64,000 bases of DNA, from sequence record MW749003.1, one strand, 5' to 3'. The position numbers and the translations under genes were made by a program. The notes beneath the pieces are model-generated. The model was not told where the DNA came from and ran no database searches. It saw only the letters and a list, made by a program, of their open reading frames with translations. Positions 51,807 through 61,857 of the stretch are shown here, in pieces. Every line of letters starts with the position of its first letter. The stretch's first letter is position 1.

Positions 51807-52067
51807 TTGCGGGAGAAAAATATGGAAAAACCAATTTTGGTACTTCTAGAAGGTGAGTATCACCGTAGAAAGAATATATTAGTAACTACTAATGTAAGAA
51901 AAGTTGCAAGAGAATATATAAATTTATTATTAGAAGATGATTGGTTAAATTATCCACATGTAGAAATATGGAAAAACGGAGAAGAAATAAAATATTTTGA
52001 TGAAAGAATTAAAGACGAAAAAAAGTTAGTAAAGATATTAAGTAAATATGCATATAACGATGCATAG
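51807..52067 (+). CDS. hypothetical protein
   Basis: 86-aa ORF; start probably at the internal ATG. Confidence 0.45.
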   Translation: MREKNMEKPILVLLEGEYHRRKNILVTTNVRKVAREYINLLLEDDWLNYPHVEIWKNGEEIKYFDERIKDEKKLVKILSKYAYNDA

Positions 52068-52122
52068 AGTTAAAAAGTAATCATAGTAGATATAAGTCTA
52101 CTATGATTACTTTATTTTAAAT

Positions 52123-52419
52123 TTATTTTTTTAAAGGTTCTTGAAGGTGCTTTTTAAGTGTATCAAAAGTTTTAAATGAAGCTCGGCGTGAAGCAGGAAT
52201 TGTCATAGGTTCACGAGTACTAGGGTTATGTCCTTCATAAGATTCACGATAAGTTACAGTGAATTTACCAAGTTTAGGAATAGAAACAGTTGTTTCTTGT
52301 TCTTTGTTAACTTCTTTGTAGATCAATCCTACAAAAGCATTAAACATTTCCTCAGCTTGTTTTTTAGTAACTCCCGATACTTCTTCTTTAATATGTTGTG
52401 CGATTTGATTGACATTCAT
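52123..52419 (-). CDS. HU/IHF-family DNA-binding protein
   Basis: VSIPKLGKF...GHNPSTRE.MTIPA....FK; late promoter 52503-52514 (-). Confidence 0.92.
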   Translation of the reverse strand: MNVNQIAQHIKEEVSGVTKKQAEEMFNAFVGLIYKEVNKEQETTVSIPKLGKFTVTYRESYEGHNPSTREPMTIPASRRASFKTFDTLKKHLQEPLKK

Positions 52420-52764
52420 TATAATGTCCTCCTTAGAATTTATAATTTTTATTTTATCCTAAATCAATATCTTCTAAACAAGATTCTGATTAAGAATTTT
52501 TCTATAAATTTGTTCTAGAACCCACATATATTTTTTAATTTTTTCGAAAAATATATAGGGGAGAACTATAGAAATTTATTTATATATTTGTTACATGCAA
52601 ATTATAATATTTAAAAAGTTATGAAAATATATATTATTTATAAGATAAAATAAGTAATTAAAGGAGGTGTTTAAAATGTAAATTATATTAAAATCGGTAT
52701 AATAGAAAGAGAGAATTTAAATTGGGAATATACAAGTAATACAAAAATTAGGAGGAATTTCAAC

Positions 52765-53019
52765 ATGACAAATTTATCTGACATCATTAAAAAAGAAACA
52801 GGAAAAGAATTAGTAATTCAAGAATCAATTTTAATGACACCTGAAGAAATAGAGGAAGTAATTGGGAATAAGCCAGAAAGTGATATTTTAGTTCATACTG
52901 CTTATGATGAAAGCACAGATGAAAATGTAATGCTATTAACTTCAGATGCTCCAGAATATAAACCTTGGGCTTTAGTAATTCAGAATAATAATGGAGAAAA
53001 TAAAATTAAAATGCTATAA
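52765..53019 (+). CDS. small hypothetical protein
   Basis: SD aggagg; early promoter 52630. Confidence 0.55.
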   Translation: MTNLSDIIKKETGKELVIQESILMTPEEIEEVIGNKPESDILVHTAYDESTDENVMLLTSDAPEYKPWALVIQNNNGENKIKML

Positions 53020-53271
53020 GTATAAATATTAGTATATAGGAATATTCCTATATACTAATATTTCTTTAATAAAAAAATCTATTTTTATTTCCATTTTATT
53101 GGATTTTATGTTATAATAAATAGAGAACCAAAAAACTATTTTCCTAACTTTTTATGTGAACTCATAAAAATATAATATAGGTTTTGATAGGTAATAATAT
53201 AAAATTAATATTATTATATATTAATTTTTAATAAAATAATTATATAATAATATTATAGGAGGAAAACATTT

Positions 53272-54762
53272 GTGATCAGTAATTTTAGAAAGTTTCATGG
53301 TAATAAGAATCAAGAAAAATTTAATGAAAATCTTATTCTTAATAAGGAAAATGAAAGTATTTTAAATTATTTAGATCCTATTTGTAAAACATTAGAGATT
53401 ATTCCAGAGATTACATATCTTGGATCATCTGTAGAACCAATTAATAAAGTATATAAGTTTAATAAAGAAGAAAAGACTTCTGATATTGAACGCTCAGAAC
53501 TACAATTAATTAAAATGTCCTTCCTTATTGAAAAAGATGATAAGAAAGAAGAAATAAATAAATTTATTTACTTTCCAAAATTAATTGATTCACAGTACTT
53601 TATTATTAACGGCAATAGATATTATCCAATCTATCAATTACTTGATAGTGGTACTTATCGTACTAATAAGGCTCTCACACTTAAAACATTACTTATGCCA
53701 ATTGTTCTAAGAGAAAAGAAAGAGACATTTGATGATATTAACGGTGAAACACATACAATGTTAAATGTTGATCTTGATTTATTTAAGAGTAAAGTTCCAT
53801 TCTTAATATATTTCTTCTCTAAATTTGGATTTGAAGGAACTCTTGAATATTTTGGTTTACAAGATTTAATTCATGTCTTAATGAAAGAAGATTTAGATCA
53901 ATTGGATGAAGATGAACTTAATGATAATGTAATTTTTATGATTACTAAAAATATTTCCTTAGTTGTTGATAAGAATTTCTTTAGTAATAAAAATAATCAG
54001 ATTATTATTGCCACATTACTTAACTGCTTTAATACTAGAATTAAAATTGATAAGATTTATGAAAAAGATTATTGGGTGAAGAAACTCGGTGGTTACTTTA
54101 CTACTAATAATAGTAATAAGCAAGAAAAAGGAGAAGGAATTATTCTTTCATTTGAACGTATTCTTGATGAATGGACTAAGAAAATTTTGCGTACAGAGGA
54201 AAAGAATAAGGAAGATATTTATTCAGTAGTTAGATGGATGATTAATAATTATCTTGCTTTAGTAAAACAAGATAACATGAACTTGGCTAATAAGAGAATC
54301 AGACTATATGAGTATCTCTTACATCCATTACTAATCAAATTCAGTAAAGGTACTTATCGTGTTTTAAATAATCGTAATTCTAATAAGTTTGAGAAGATTA
54401 AAACGATTTTTAGTAACATCCAAGAAGGTTTCCTAGTAAAGAAAATTATCAATAATGAATTATTACGTTATGATAATAGTGTAAATAGCATTAGTCTTTT
54501 CACACTAATTCTAAGATATACACAATCTGGTCCACAGAGTCCTTTTAGCTCTAATAGTACAAACAATAAACTTAGAGGACTTCATCCATCTTACTTAGGG
54601 AGATTAGGTTTAACTTCTACTTCTGCTGGTGATCCAGGAGCCAGTGGTTCTTTGACTCCTTTCTTAGAACTTCCTGAGAATAGTTATATGCATTTTACAG
54701 AAGAACCAGAAATTAATTTGAATATTGATGATATCTCAATTGATGAAGTTATTGAATCTTAA
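53272..54762 (+). CDS. non-virion RNAP beta N-terminal subunit (AR9 gp105-like)
   Basis: FPKLIDSQYFIINGNRYYPIYQL; RGLHPSYLGRL...TS...PGASGSL; recalled near-identity to AR9 gp105. Confidence 0.9.
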   Translation: MISNFRKFHGNKNQEKFNENLILNKENESILNYLDPICKTLEIIPEITYLGSSVEPINKVYKFNKEEKTSDIERSELQLIKMSFLIEKDDKKEEINKFIYFPKLIDSQYFIINGNRYYPIYQLLDSGTYRTNKALTLKTLLMPIVLREKKETFDDINGETHTMLNVDLDLFKSKVPFLIYFFSKFGFEGTLEYFGLQDLIHVLMKEDLDQLDEDELNDNVIFMITKNISLVVDKNFFSNKNNQIIIATLLNCFNTRIKIDKIYEKDYWVKKLGGYFTTNNSNKQEKGEGIILSFERILDEWTKKILRTEEKNKEDIYSVVRWMINNYLALVKQDNMNLANKRIRLYEYLLHPLLIKFSKGTYRVLNNRNSNKFEKIKTIFSNIQEGFLVKKIINNELLRYDNSVNSISLFTLILRYTQSGPQSPFSSNSTNNKLRGLHPSYLGRLGLTSTSAGDPGASGSLTPFLELPENSYMHFTEEPEINLNIDDISIDEVIES

Positions 54763-55039
54763 TTATAATACTTGGGAGGAAAAATTACAAAAAGCCATAC
54801 TAATTAGTATGGCTTTATTTTTTTTTTTAAAAAAAAAGGAGAGCATTAAAATGGTTCAGAAATTCTTTTAATAATTAATAGTGATGTTACTATTAGTATT
54901 CTTAAATAACCTATTTGAAAAAATATTAGAAATTCAAGAAAAAATTAATGAATAGTTATTTACCGTATTAAAAATATTTTTCAAGCATATATTATATTCC
55001 TGTAATATCAGACTATTTAAAAGAGGAGGAATATAATGT

Positions 55040-55384
55040 ATGCCTAACACCAAATCAGTACTGACAGAATTCAAAGATCCTCTACTGGTTACGAATCATT
55101 TCACAAAAGAAAAACGAATTTTTCTAAGAAAGACGCTTGGTGAAGATTATAGTATCCTAAGTAGCTCTGAATTTATTAATGAAATTGATAATGATCCATT
55201 AGAATTTCTTGATAGAAAGGGGGTTAATAAATACGATTTGGTAATATTTGATACTGGTAGTAATATAAATGAAAAAATTCTAGACTCAGTTTCCTCAAAA
55301 CCACTAACTCTTCAAAGAACCACAAAAACTACTCCATCATTCAAGCTTCTAGAATTTCATAATGATAAATTTAATATAATTTAA
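55040..55384 (+). CDS. early hypothetical protein
   Basis: early promoter 54988; SD gaggagg. Confidence 0.55.
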   Translation: MPNTKSVLTEFKDPLLVTNHFTKEKRIFLRKTLGEDYSILSSSEFINEIDNDPLEFLDRKGVNKYDLVIFDTGSNINEKILDSVSSKPLTLQRTTKTTPSFKLLEFHNDKFNII

Positions 55385-55451
55385 AATAAAAGGATAATCT
55401 TAGTGATTATCCTTTTTACATATTCAAAGATTTTAATGGGGGAATATTGGA

Positions 55452-55778
55452 ATGGATATTAATGGTAGAGTAATATTAGCCGCAATTGCGGTTATTGTGG
55501 GAGGTACAGTATTAATTAGTATAATACCTTTCTCAAGCTTTATAATTATTGCATGTATAATAGGAGCTGTAATACCTTGGATTCTTCCTAGAAGGAATGA
55601 ACAAATTCAACAATACAACCAAGAACAAGAGTATTATATAAAATTAGAAGAAGAGAATTTAAAACTTAGAGAACAGTTAAACCTAGAAGAAGAAAACCTA
55701 AGATTAAAAGAAAGATTAAAACTAGAGGAAGAAAATCTAAAACTAAGAGAAGAATTAGAAAAATTAAAGGAGAAATAA
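55452..55778 (+). CDS. membrane-anchored coiled-coil protein
   Basis: two N-terminal TM helices; 13-aa repeat x3. Confidence 0.6.
   Translation: MDINGRVILAAIAVIVGGTVLISIIPFSSFIIIACIIGAVIPWILPRRNEQIQQYNQEQEYYIKLEEENLKLREQLNLEEENLRLKERLKLEEENLKLREELEKLKEK
55641..55757 (+). repeat. 3 x 39-nt imperfect coding tandem repeat
   Basis: KLEEENLKLREQL / NLEEENLRLKERL / KLEEENLKLREEL. Confidence 0.8.
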
Positions 55779-55780
55779 AA

Positions 55781-56497
55781 ATGAAATTAACAGAAATTAA
55801 AAAAGAAGATAAAATTATATTGGTTGAAAAATGCAAAGAATTACTTAATCTAAAAGATGCTAAACTCCCAGATGAGTATTATTATTCCAGTCTTGCTTTA
55901 TGTGTAATTGACTCTATCTTTTCTATTAATTCCAATTATACAAGTGTGAAAAATGTAATTAAGCGTTATTGCACTTATTTTAATATTAACCCATTAAGAG
56001 AAAGTAGTTCATTCCCTAGTACATCTAATCAGTTATCTGTAAAAAGTTTTATTGATTCTTATGAAAAAATAGGGGTAGATTTTTACACTCAAAAAATCTT
56101 TAATAATAGACAACGAACTTCAGCAGTTAATGGAATATTAAAATCTGAAGCTGTTTATGAGTTTTGTAAAGTTCTAAATAAGTATAATATTAATTATTTT
56201 CAAGATGTAAAAAACATATATGGTAATAAGGAATTTGAAAAAGATATTAGAAGTATTAAGGGTCAAGGAAAAGGAGTTTCGTTATTATACTTCCTTATGC
56301 TTTCTGGTGAAGAAGATAAAATAAAACCAGATAGAATGATAATTCGCTTTCTTGAAGAGATCCTTCAAAGAAAGATTAATATAAATGAATCACAGATATT
56401 ACTTAAAGAGGCATCATTAATACTATCAAAAGAATATCCAAATTTGAGTCCAAGATTATTGGATTATACAATTTGGGAATATGCTAGGGGAAATTAA
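55781..56497 (+). CDS. HhH-GPD-superfamily (DNA glycosylase-fold) protein
   Basis: CVIDSIFS, IKGQGKGVS..YF.ML.G....KPDRMI.RF, LDY.IW. Confidence 0.55.
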   Translation: MKLTEIKKEDKIILVEKCKELLNLKDAKLPDEYYYSSLALCVIDSIFSINSNYTSVKNVIKRYCTYFNINPLRESSSFPSTSNQLSVKSFIDSYEKIGVDFYTQKIFNNRQRTSAVNGILKSEAVYEFCKVLNKYNINYFQDVKNIYGNKEFEKDIRSIKGQGKGVSLLYFLMLSGEEDKIKPDRMIIRFLEEILQRKININESQILLKEASLILSKEYPNLSPRLLDYTIWEYARGN

Positions 56498-56699
56498 AAA
56501 CCATAATTTCACTATGGTTTTTAATATAAATTTTTAAAAATAATTACTATGATTTCTTAAAAGACAGTGATGATTATGAAAAATTTCAATTAATTAATTT
56601 GGTTTAACCTTTATAGATGATTCAACATCAAATTCTATCACGGTCTCTTGGCAATAAATTAAAAGACATTATAAGGGAATTCCCTTATAATGTCTTTTC

Positions 56700-57392
56700 C
56701 TAATAGATATATAATTTTTTTCTATTTGCTTGTTTTGCTACATTCTGTCTCCACTTATCTAATAACTCTTGTTTTCTATCTGTTGCTTCTTGTAATTCAT
56801 CTACGAATAATTCAATATTACCAAATGCAGTTTGGAGGTTTGCAAACCGTTTTCTAATTTGATATAATACTTCTTTCGTATCATATAATGCTAATTTTAG
56901 AAATTCAGTTTGAAGGTTAGTTGGAATTGTACCAAAATGATCTGGATGGACAACATTTAATAAAAGTTTTGTTTTTCTAATAGTATATAAAGCAGGGGTT
57001 ATAGTAATAATATTTGGATAAGTAAATTGGTAAGTCATTGGGTTTCTATTCATTGATGATAGATCAGCTTGTATTTGTCTACTCACAGGATCAATCATAT
57101 TATTACTATAAGGTACTAATTCTGCACCAAAGTATCTAGTTGTATTATCATACATTCTTGCTACGTTTAATATATTATAATTAGTATTAATATAATATTG
57201 GTTTCCAGTTCCTTCAACTTTATCTTCATTTGATATAATAGCTTCAACTTGATAAGGGAAAAAATTACTAAATGTAACTAATGTTTCTTCTTTAATATTA
57301 TCAATAATTTCATCTGGATCCATTTCAAGTTCATTAAACTTATAACCTAATTTTTTTTCTATGAACCGAAGGATATAGGTACTAGATAACAT
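56700..57392 (-). CDS. neck/head-completion protein (T4 gp13-like)
   Basis: IEKKLG.....LEMDPDEIID resembles gp13 LRRLGAP...VELTPDQI.D; adjacent to the protease gene. Confidence 0.55.
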   Translation of the reverse strand: MLSSTYILRFIEKKLGYKFNELEMDPDEIIDNIKEETLVTFSNFFPYQVEAIISNEDKVEGTGNQYYINTNYNILNVARMYDNTTRYFGAELVPYSNNMIDPVSRQIQADLSSMNRNPMTYQFTYPNIITITPALYTIRKTKLLLNVVHPDHFGTIPTNLQTEFLKLALYDTKEVLYQIRKRFANLQTAFGNIELFVDELQEATDRKQELLDKWRQNVAKQANRKKLYIY

Positions 57393-57412
57393 ATTATCAA
57401 CCCTCTCTATTA

Positions 57413-57655
57413 TTAACTGGTAGAACTAATAAAGTCTACATCCTTCTTAGGAATATCTTCAATTTTTGAATAACGTTTACTCATAGCTCTATGAGTATAG
57501 CAATAATATTCTCCATCTTTATTTTTGGCAAAACTACATTCGGTTTTCCCAAATTTATTTTCAATATATTCTTTTTCTTTTGGAGTTAAGGGAATATGCT
57601 GAATTGCTTCACTTAATAACAAACTTTCATTAATCATTTTAAATTTTTTATTCAT
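57413..57655 (-). CDS. small late protein
   Basis: SD aggagg; LLLSEA motif. Confidence 0.5.
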   Translation of the reverse strand: MNKKFKMINESLLLSEAIQHIPLTPKEKEYIENKFGKTECSFAKNKDGEYYCYTHRAMSKRYSKIEDIPKKDVDFISSTS

Positions 57656-57709
57656 AATATCCTCCTGTAATTTAATATGGTTACTCTAATTATAGAGTAA
57701 CCATTTATT

Positions 57710-58859
57710 TTAAAATTGAATTAAAAGGAAATTATCAATTTCTTTTTTAATTTCATCTTCAATAAATAAAACAGCTTTACCGTCTTCAGTATTAAAACTA
57801 ACTGTTTTACCATCTTCACCTAATTTGGCAGTTCTTTCATCTAAACCAAGATGATCAACTGTTGTTTTAATATTTTGACTCTCTTCCTTAATGTAATTAA
57901 GGATTTCATCTTGAGCCACTGACACCATTAGACCTTCATTAAGAATTCTCTTATTCATAGGATGAATAGCATCTTCTTTAATAATATTTGTCTGATAAGC
58001 ATTAGAATGAGAAGGGAAGATTACCCAATCCCAAGTAACAATGTGAAGAGGTTTTTCAACTCGTGTTAGTCCATTCACTTTACGAGTAACACCACCAAGA
58101 CCTCTCATTGAAAATGCTACTTCAGTACCTTGTCTAATTAAACCTTCCATATCTTTACCAACAGCAGTGTTAGTAGTTGCTACCACACCTTTTAGTAATT
58201 TTTGTTCCCACCATAATTTCTCAATAACATGAGACATTCTAGTTTGATCAATGTATGTCTGTCTTTCCATTTTATCCGAAAGAGGGTGCAAATATCTTCA
58301 TATGGATTCGCTACTTCCATACCGTTCTCTTATGAACTGCTCTAAGTTTCCCTAGAGTTGAGACTATATCAAGTTCTTCAGCATTACTGTTAAGAACCTC
58401 TCTATTTCCACTATGCTTATAGTGTACTCCCATTTGGGATAGTCGTTGAACTCCATTGGTAAATATTTGTACATATATTTTACCAATAAAGCTGCTGATT
58501 GTCCAATCTTATTAGTTCTTATAACCTTCACGCTCACTGTTACCAGTCACGTTGTGGTCTAATAAGCTCTAAGGAGTTTCCAGCAATTAAGAGAGTTTAG
58601 ACATAGTATTTCTACTATGAATGGCAACCCTACCAGCCTCTCCGAACAATGATTTACGTCTTAACTTTTCTTGAATTTGAGGAGAACGAATAGCACCATC
58701 TAATGCTTCAAATGCATATTCCCTTCTATTTCTATTACCAGCTTCTGCCTCTTGAAGAATAGCTTCAATTACAACATTATCTTTATTATGCTCAATAATA
58801 TTAGGTTTAACTGGTTCTGATGTAGATTCAATAATTAGAAAACCACAATTTTGATCCAT
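57710..58859 (-). CDS. prohead maturation protease (T4 gp21-like), spliced (exons 58859-58632, 58288-57710; about 268 aa)
   Basis: NRNRR.Y; spliced GEAG|HP; FSMRG; TWDWV..PS. Confidence 0.88.
58289..58631 (-). mobile_element. group IA2-like intron, no ORF (343 nt)
   Basis: P1 tggu/gcca; core ttaattgctgg...aatcagcag...ttcaacgacta...atatagtc; terminal G at 58289. Confidence 0.92.
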
Positions 58860-58967
58860 TATTTAGCCGCCTTTCTAATAACTTAATTAAATTTATTAAT
58901 TATATGTTTTCTAATAAAAAACATATAATTAAGTTAAATCATAATATTTAAAAGGAGGTACATCAAA

Positions 58968-59426
58968 ATGTTATCCAAATATGAGTCATTGTTATTAATT
59001 GAACATGAAGAATTTGATTCATATAGAGAAGAATATTTTTTATTAAAAGAAGGTTTAGCAACTGATGTTGATAAAACTACTAAAGGTATATTTAATATAA
59101 TTAAAAAACTCCATTCCTCTAGTGATGATAGATTAATTGAAAATATGCCAGATTTTTCTAGACTATTAACACGTTGTATCATTATTGGAAGTATTGCCGT
59201 TATCAGTCCTGTTATCGGTCTTATTACTTTATATACTAGTTCAGCCATTAGAAGACGTAATGATGCTAATAGAAGAGAAAAATTAATTCATCTTTATTCA
59301 AGTAAATTAGAATATATTGAAGATCGATTAACTAGAGAATCAGATGAAAAGAAAAGACAAAATATGATTAAAATGAAAAATAAATTAAAGAGTGACTTAG
59401 ATAAACTAAAAGTCATTAAAGATTAA
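58968..59426 (+). CDS. late head-associated protein
   Basis: late promoter 58920; FLLKEG motif; hydrophobic segment. Confidence 0.5.
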   Translation: MLSKYESLLLIEHEEFDSYREEYFLLKEGLATDVDKTTKGIFNIIKKLHSSSDDRLIENMPDFSRLLTRCIIIGSIAVISPVIGLITLYTSSAIRRRNDANRREKLIHLYSSKLEYIEDRLTRESDEKKRQNMIKMKNKLKSDLDKLKVIKD

Positions 59427-59445
59427 ATGAAGGGAGTGTATATAT

Positions 59446-60084
59446 GTGACAGATTTTGATACCCTTCTAATTGATTTTAATAAAAAATTAATGGAAGATA
59501 TAAAACATAATAATAATTTTTTCCTTAAAGAAGATGAAGACGATGATGTAGGTATGGATAGTCTTGAAGACTTATCTGTTGGACATTCTAATGATCCTGC
59601 TCATCCAGAAGATGAAACAGATAGTAAATCTGATGAAACTACTGATGATAATCCACCAGAATCTTTGGATGGAGGAGATGATAGTTCAAATCCTTCAGAT
59701 GGAGATACTGATGGTTCAGACGATCAGGGGGATGATGGCTCAGGAGGTTTGGATAGTGAGCAAGATACCAGTCCTACTGACAATGATAAGAAATTACAAT
59801 TGTATAAGTCATACAAGTCAATCTACACATCTATCGATACCTTTTTAGATAAAGTTTCATCTTATAAGGAATATTTAGATACAGAAGAAAATAAAAGTAA
59901 GAATTATGAACTTGTTGAATATATCGAAGATAAATTATATAATCTAAAAGATAGTACCAAAATTATGTTAACTGACAAAATTAAGACAATGGATTATGAA
60001 AAAGTAAAAACTGTTTTCGTATATACAAAAAGTGAAATTAACTTACTGGTCAACCTATTTAACAAATTTTCTTCTTCCAAGTAA
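59446..60084 (+). CDS. acidic scaffold/prohead-core-like protein
   Basis: D/G/S-rich disordered stretch after FFLKED; directly upstream of the capsid gene. Confidence 0.5.
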   Translation: MTDFDTLLIDFNKKLMEDIKHNNNFFLKEDEDDDVGMDSLEDLSVGHSNDPAHPEDETDSKSDETTDDNPPESLDGGDDSSNPSDGDTDGSDDQGDDGSGGLDSEQDTSPTDNDKKLQLYKSYKSIYTSIDTFLDKVSSYKEYLDTEENKSKNYELVEYIEDKLYNLKDSTKIMLTDKIKTMDYEKVKTVFVYTKSEINLLVNLFNKFSSSK

Positions 60085-60195
60085 TAAACAATTTAATAGT
60101 AAAAAAATTATAAATCAATTTATTAGATTTTATATTAGAGAGATCTAAACAAAAAATTATTAAAATCTAATAATTAAGAAAAGGAGTAATGATCA

Positions 60196-61791
60196 ATGTC
60201 CGTAGAATATCGTACTAATCATTCAACTGGAACAACTGATGAATTCAGTCAAACATTAAAAGAAAGTCATCAATATTTCTTACAAACTCAACAAGTAAAC
60301 ATCCTTGGAGAAGGCTTCAGTGATGTTCTTTCTGAAGCATCCACTTTTAGTGCTTATGTAGATAAATTAGTAGAAGGCTTAGATGCAACTGAAGAAGCAG
60401 ATATGCGTCAATTACTTGCGAACAACCGTCAAGCAATCCTTCAAGAGTCCGTAGTTGCAGGTATCCCTCCAATTGCGTCTCTATCTATGCCAACTATTCG
60501 TAAAATGTGGGCTAAGATTGCATTGAAATATGCTATTCCTACTGAACCTGTTAAAACACCTGCTTTCTCTGTATCATTCTCTAAACCTTATATCATTGAT
60601 TCAGTATCAGGTGAAAAACATTATCTTCCAGAATCTCTTCGTTCTTTAGATAATGGACTTGCTGAAAAAACAAAACTTTCTTCTCAAGCTTATGAGCTAC
60701 CTTTGGATAACAAAGATCTTCTTGCTGATGTAGGTGCTTCTGCACAAGCTGGAGATGCAATTGATCGCCGTTTCCATATTGTTGAAGTTGAAGTTTCTGC
60801 GGCAAGTGCGACTGGAACAGCTGAGACTGCTGAAACAGTTAAAGTAAAAGTTAACTCTAAAATTGATATTAATAACAAACTATATGCTGAAGTTAAAGCT
60901 AAACACTCTGATGGTACTGTAACTTCTGACGTACTTATGGGTGCTGTTGATCCAGAAAAAGGTACTGTTAGCTTAGTATCTCTTCGTCAAGCAGTTAAAA
61001 AAGTTGTATTCCTTGGTTATGTATCTTCTGAGGCTCATAACAGAGCAACTAACGTATCTTTCGATATTGAACGTAGAGATATCACTATCGGAACTGGCGA
61101 ACACTTAGAGGCTTCTCTACCACTTGAAATGCTAACTGATACTATGGCACTTTATCAAATTGATGGTGCTAATGAAGTGGTAGACACAATGTCTAACGTT
61201 ACAGCCCAAAAAGTTGACCAAGAAATTTATAACTTTATTGATGCGGCTTTCCAATCTAACCCTACTTATATGGGTAAATTTAACGTTCATCCTGCACCTC
61301 AGTTTGCTGGAAATCCTAGAGACTGGTTGGATGGTATCAAACGAGTAATTGATTACTTTGCTCAAAAAATTAAATCTGAAACTTACTACTACCAAGGTTA
61401 CTTTGTAATTGTTGGGAACCCACTTGATACTGCTTTGATTCCAAATGTTACTTGGACATTTAACCGAGTATCAGATGCTCAAAATGGTATTGAAGTAGAT
61501 TACAGTATTGGAGCTGTTTCTGGTGCAAGCCGTTACACAATTGTTTCTTCTGACTTGATTCCTCAAGGAGAATTGACAATGTTCATGGTTCCACTTACTA
61601 ATAAATTTATGACGTTCAAGTACTATCCGTACACTTTCAATGTTGTACACAACTACCTGAACACTCGTAATCCTAATATTCCATCCATTATGATGACTAA
61701 ACGTCATACCCTTGAAGAGTTCCTTCCAATGGTATGCAAAATCAAAATTGAGAACAATGATGGTACTCTTGTTTCTCAGTATAATGGATAA
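60196..61791 (+). CDS. major capsid protein precursor (T4 gp23-like)
   Basis: highly expressed codon usage; ILQES propeptide; MPTIRKMWAK...PTEPVKTP; late promoter 60087; position after protease and scaffold. Confidence 0.75.
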   Translation: MSVEYRTNHSTGTTDEFSQTLKESHQYFLQTQQVNILGEGFSDVLSEASTFSAYVDKLVEGLDATEEADMRQLLANNRQAILQESVVAGIPPIASLSMPTIRKMWAKIALKYAIPTEPVKTPAFSVSFSKPYIIDSVSGEKHYLPESLRSLDNGLAEKTKLSSQAYELPLDNKDLLADVGASAQAGDAIDRRFHIVEVEVSAASATGTAETAETVKVKVNSKIDINNKLYAEVKAKHSDGTVTSDVLMGAVDPEKGTVSLVSLRQAVKKVVFLGYVSSEAHNRATNVSFDIERRDITIGTGEHLEASLPLEMLTDTMALYQIDGANEVVDTMSNVTAQKVDQEIYNFIDAAFQSNPTYMGKFNVHPAPQFAGNPRDWLDGIKRVIDYFAQKIKSETYYYQGYFVIVGNPLDTALIPNVTWTFNRVSDAQNGIEVDYSIGAVSGASRYTIVSSDLIPQGELTMFMVPLTNKFMTFKYYPYTFNVVHNYLNTRNPNIPSIMMTKRHTLEEFLPMVCKIKIENNDGTLVSQYNG

Positions 61792-61857
61792 TAAATAAAA
61801 ATATCAGTTGTGACCATAACGGTTACAACTGATATTTATTTTAAGAGGTGTAGATGT

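Noticed and set aside
5851-61707. Antisense and alternate-frame ORFs (e.g. 5851-6066, 6640-6915, 28990-29280, 44312-44791, 52228-52518, 60593-61707)
   Set aside because: They overlap well-supported genes, lack SDs and show mirror-image composition.
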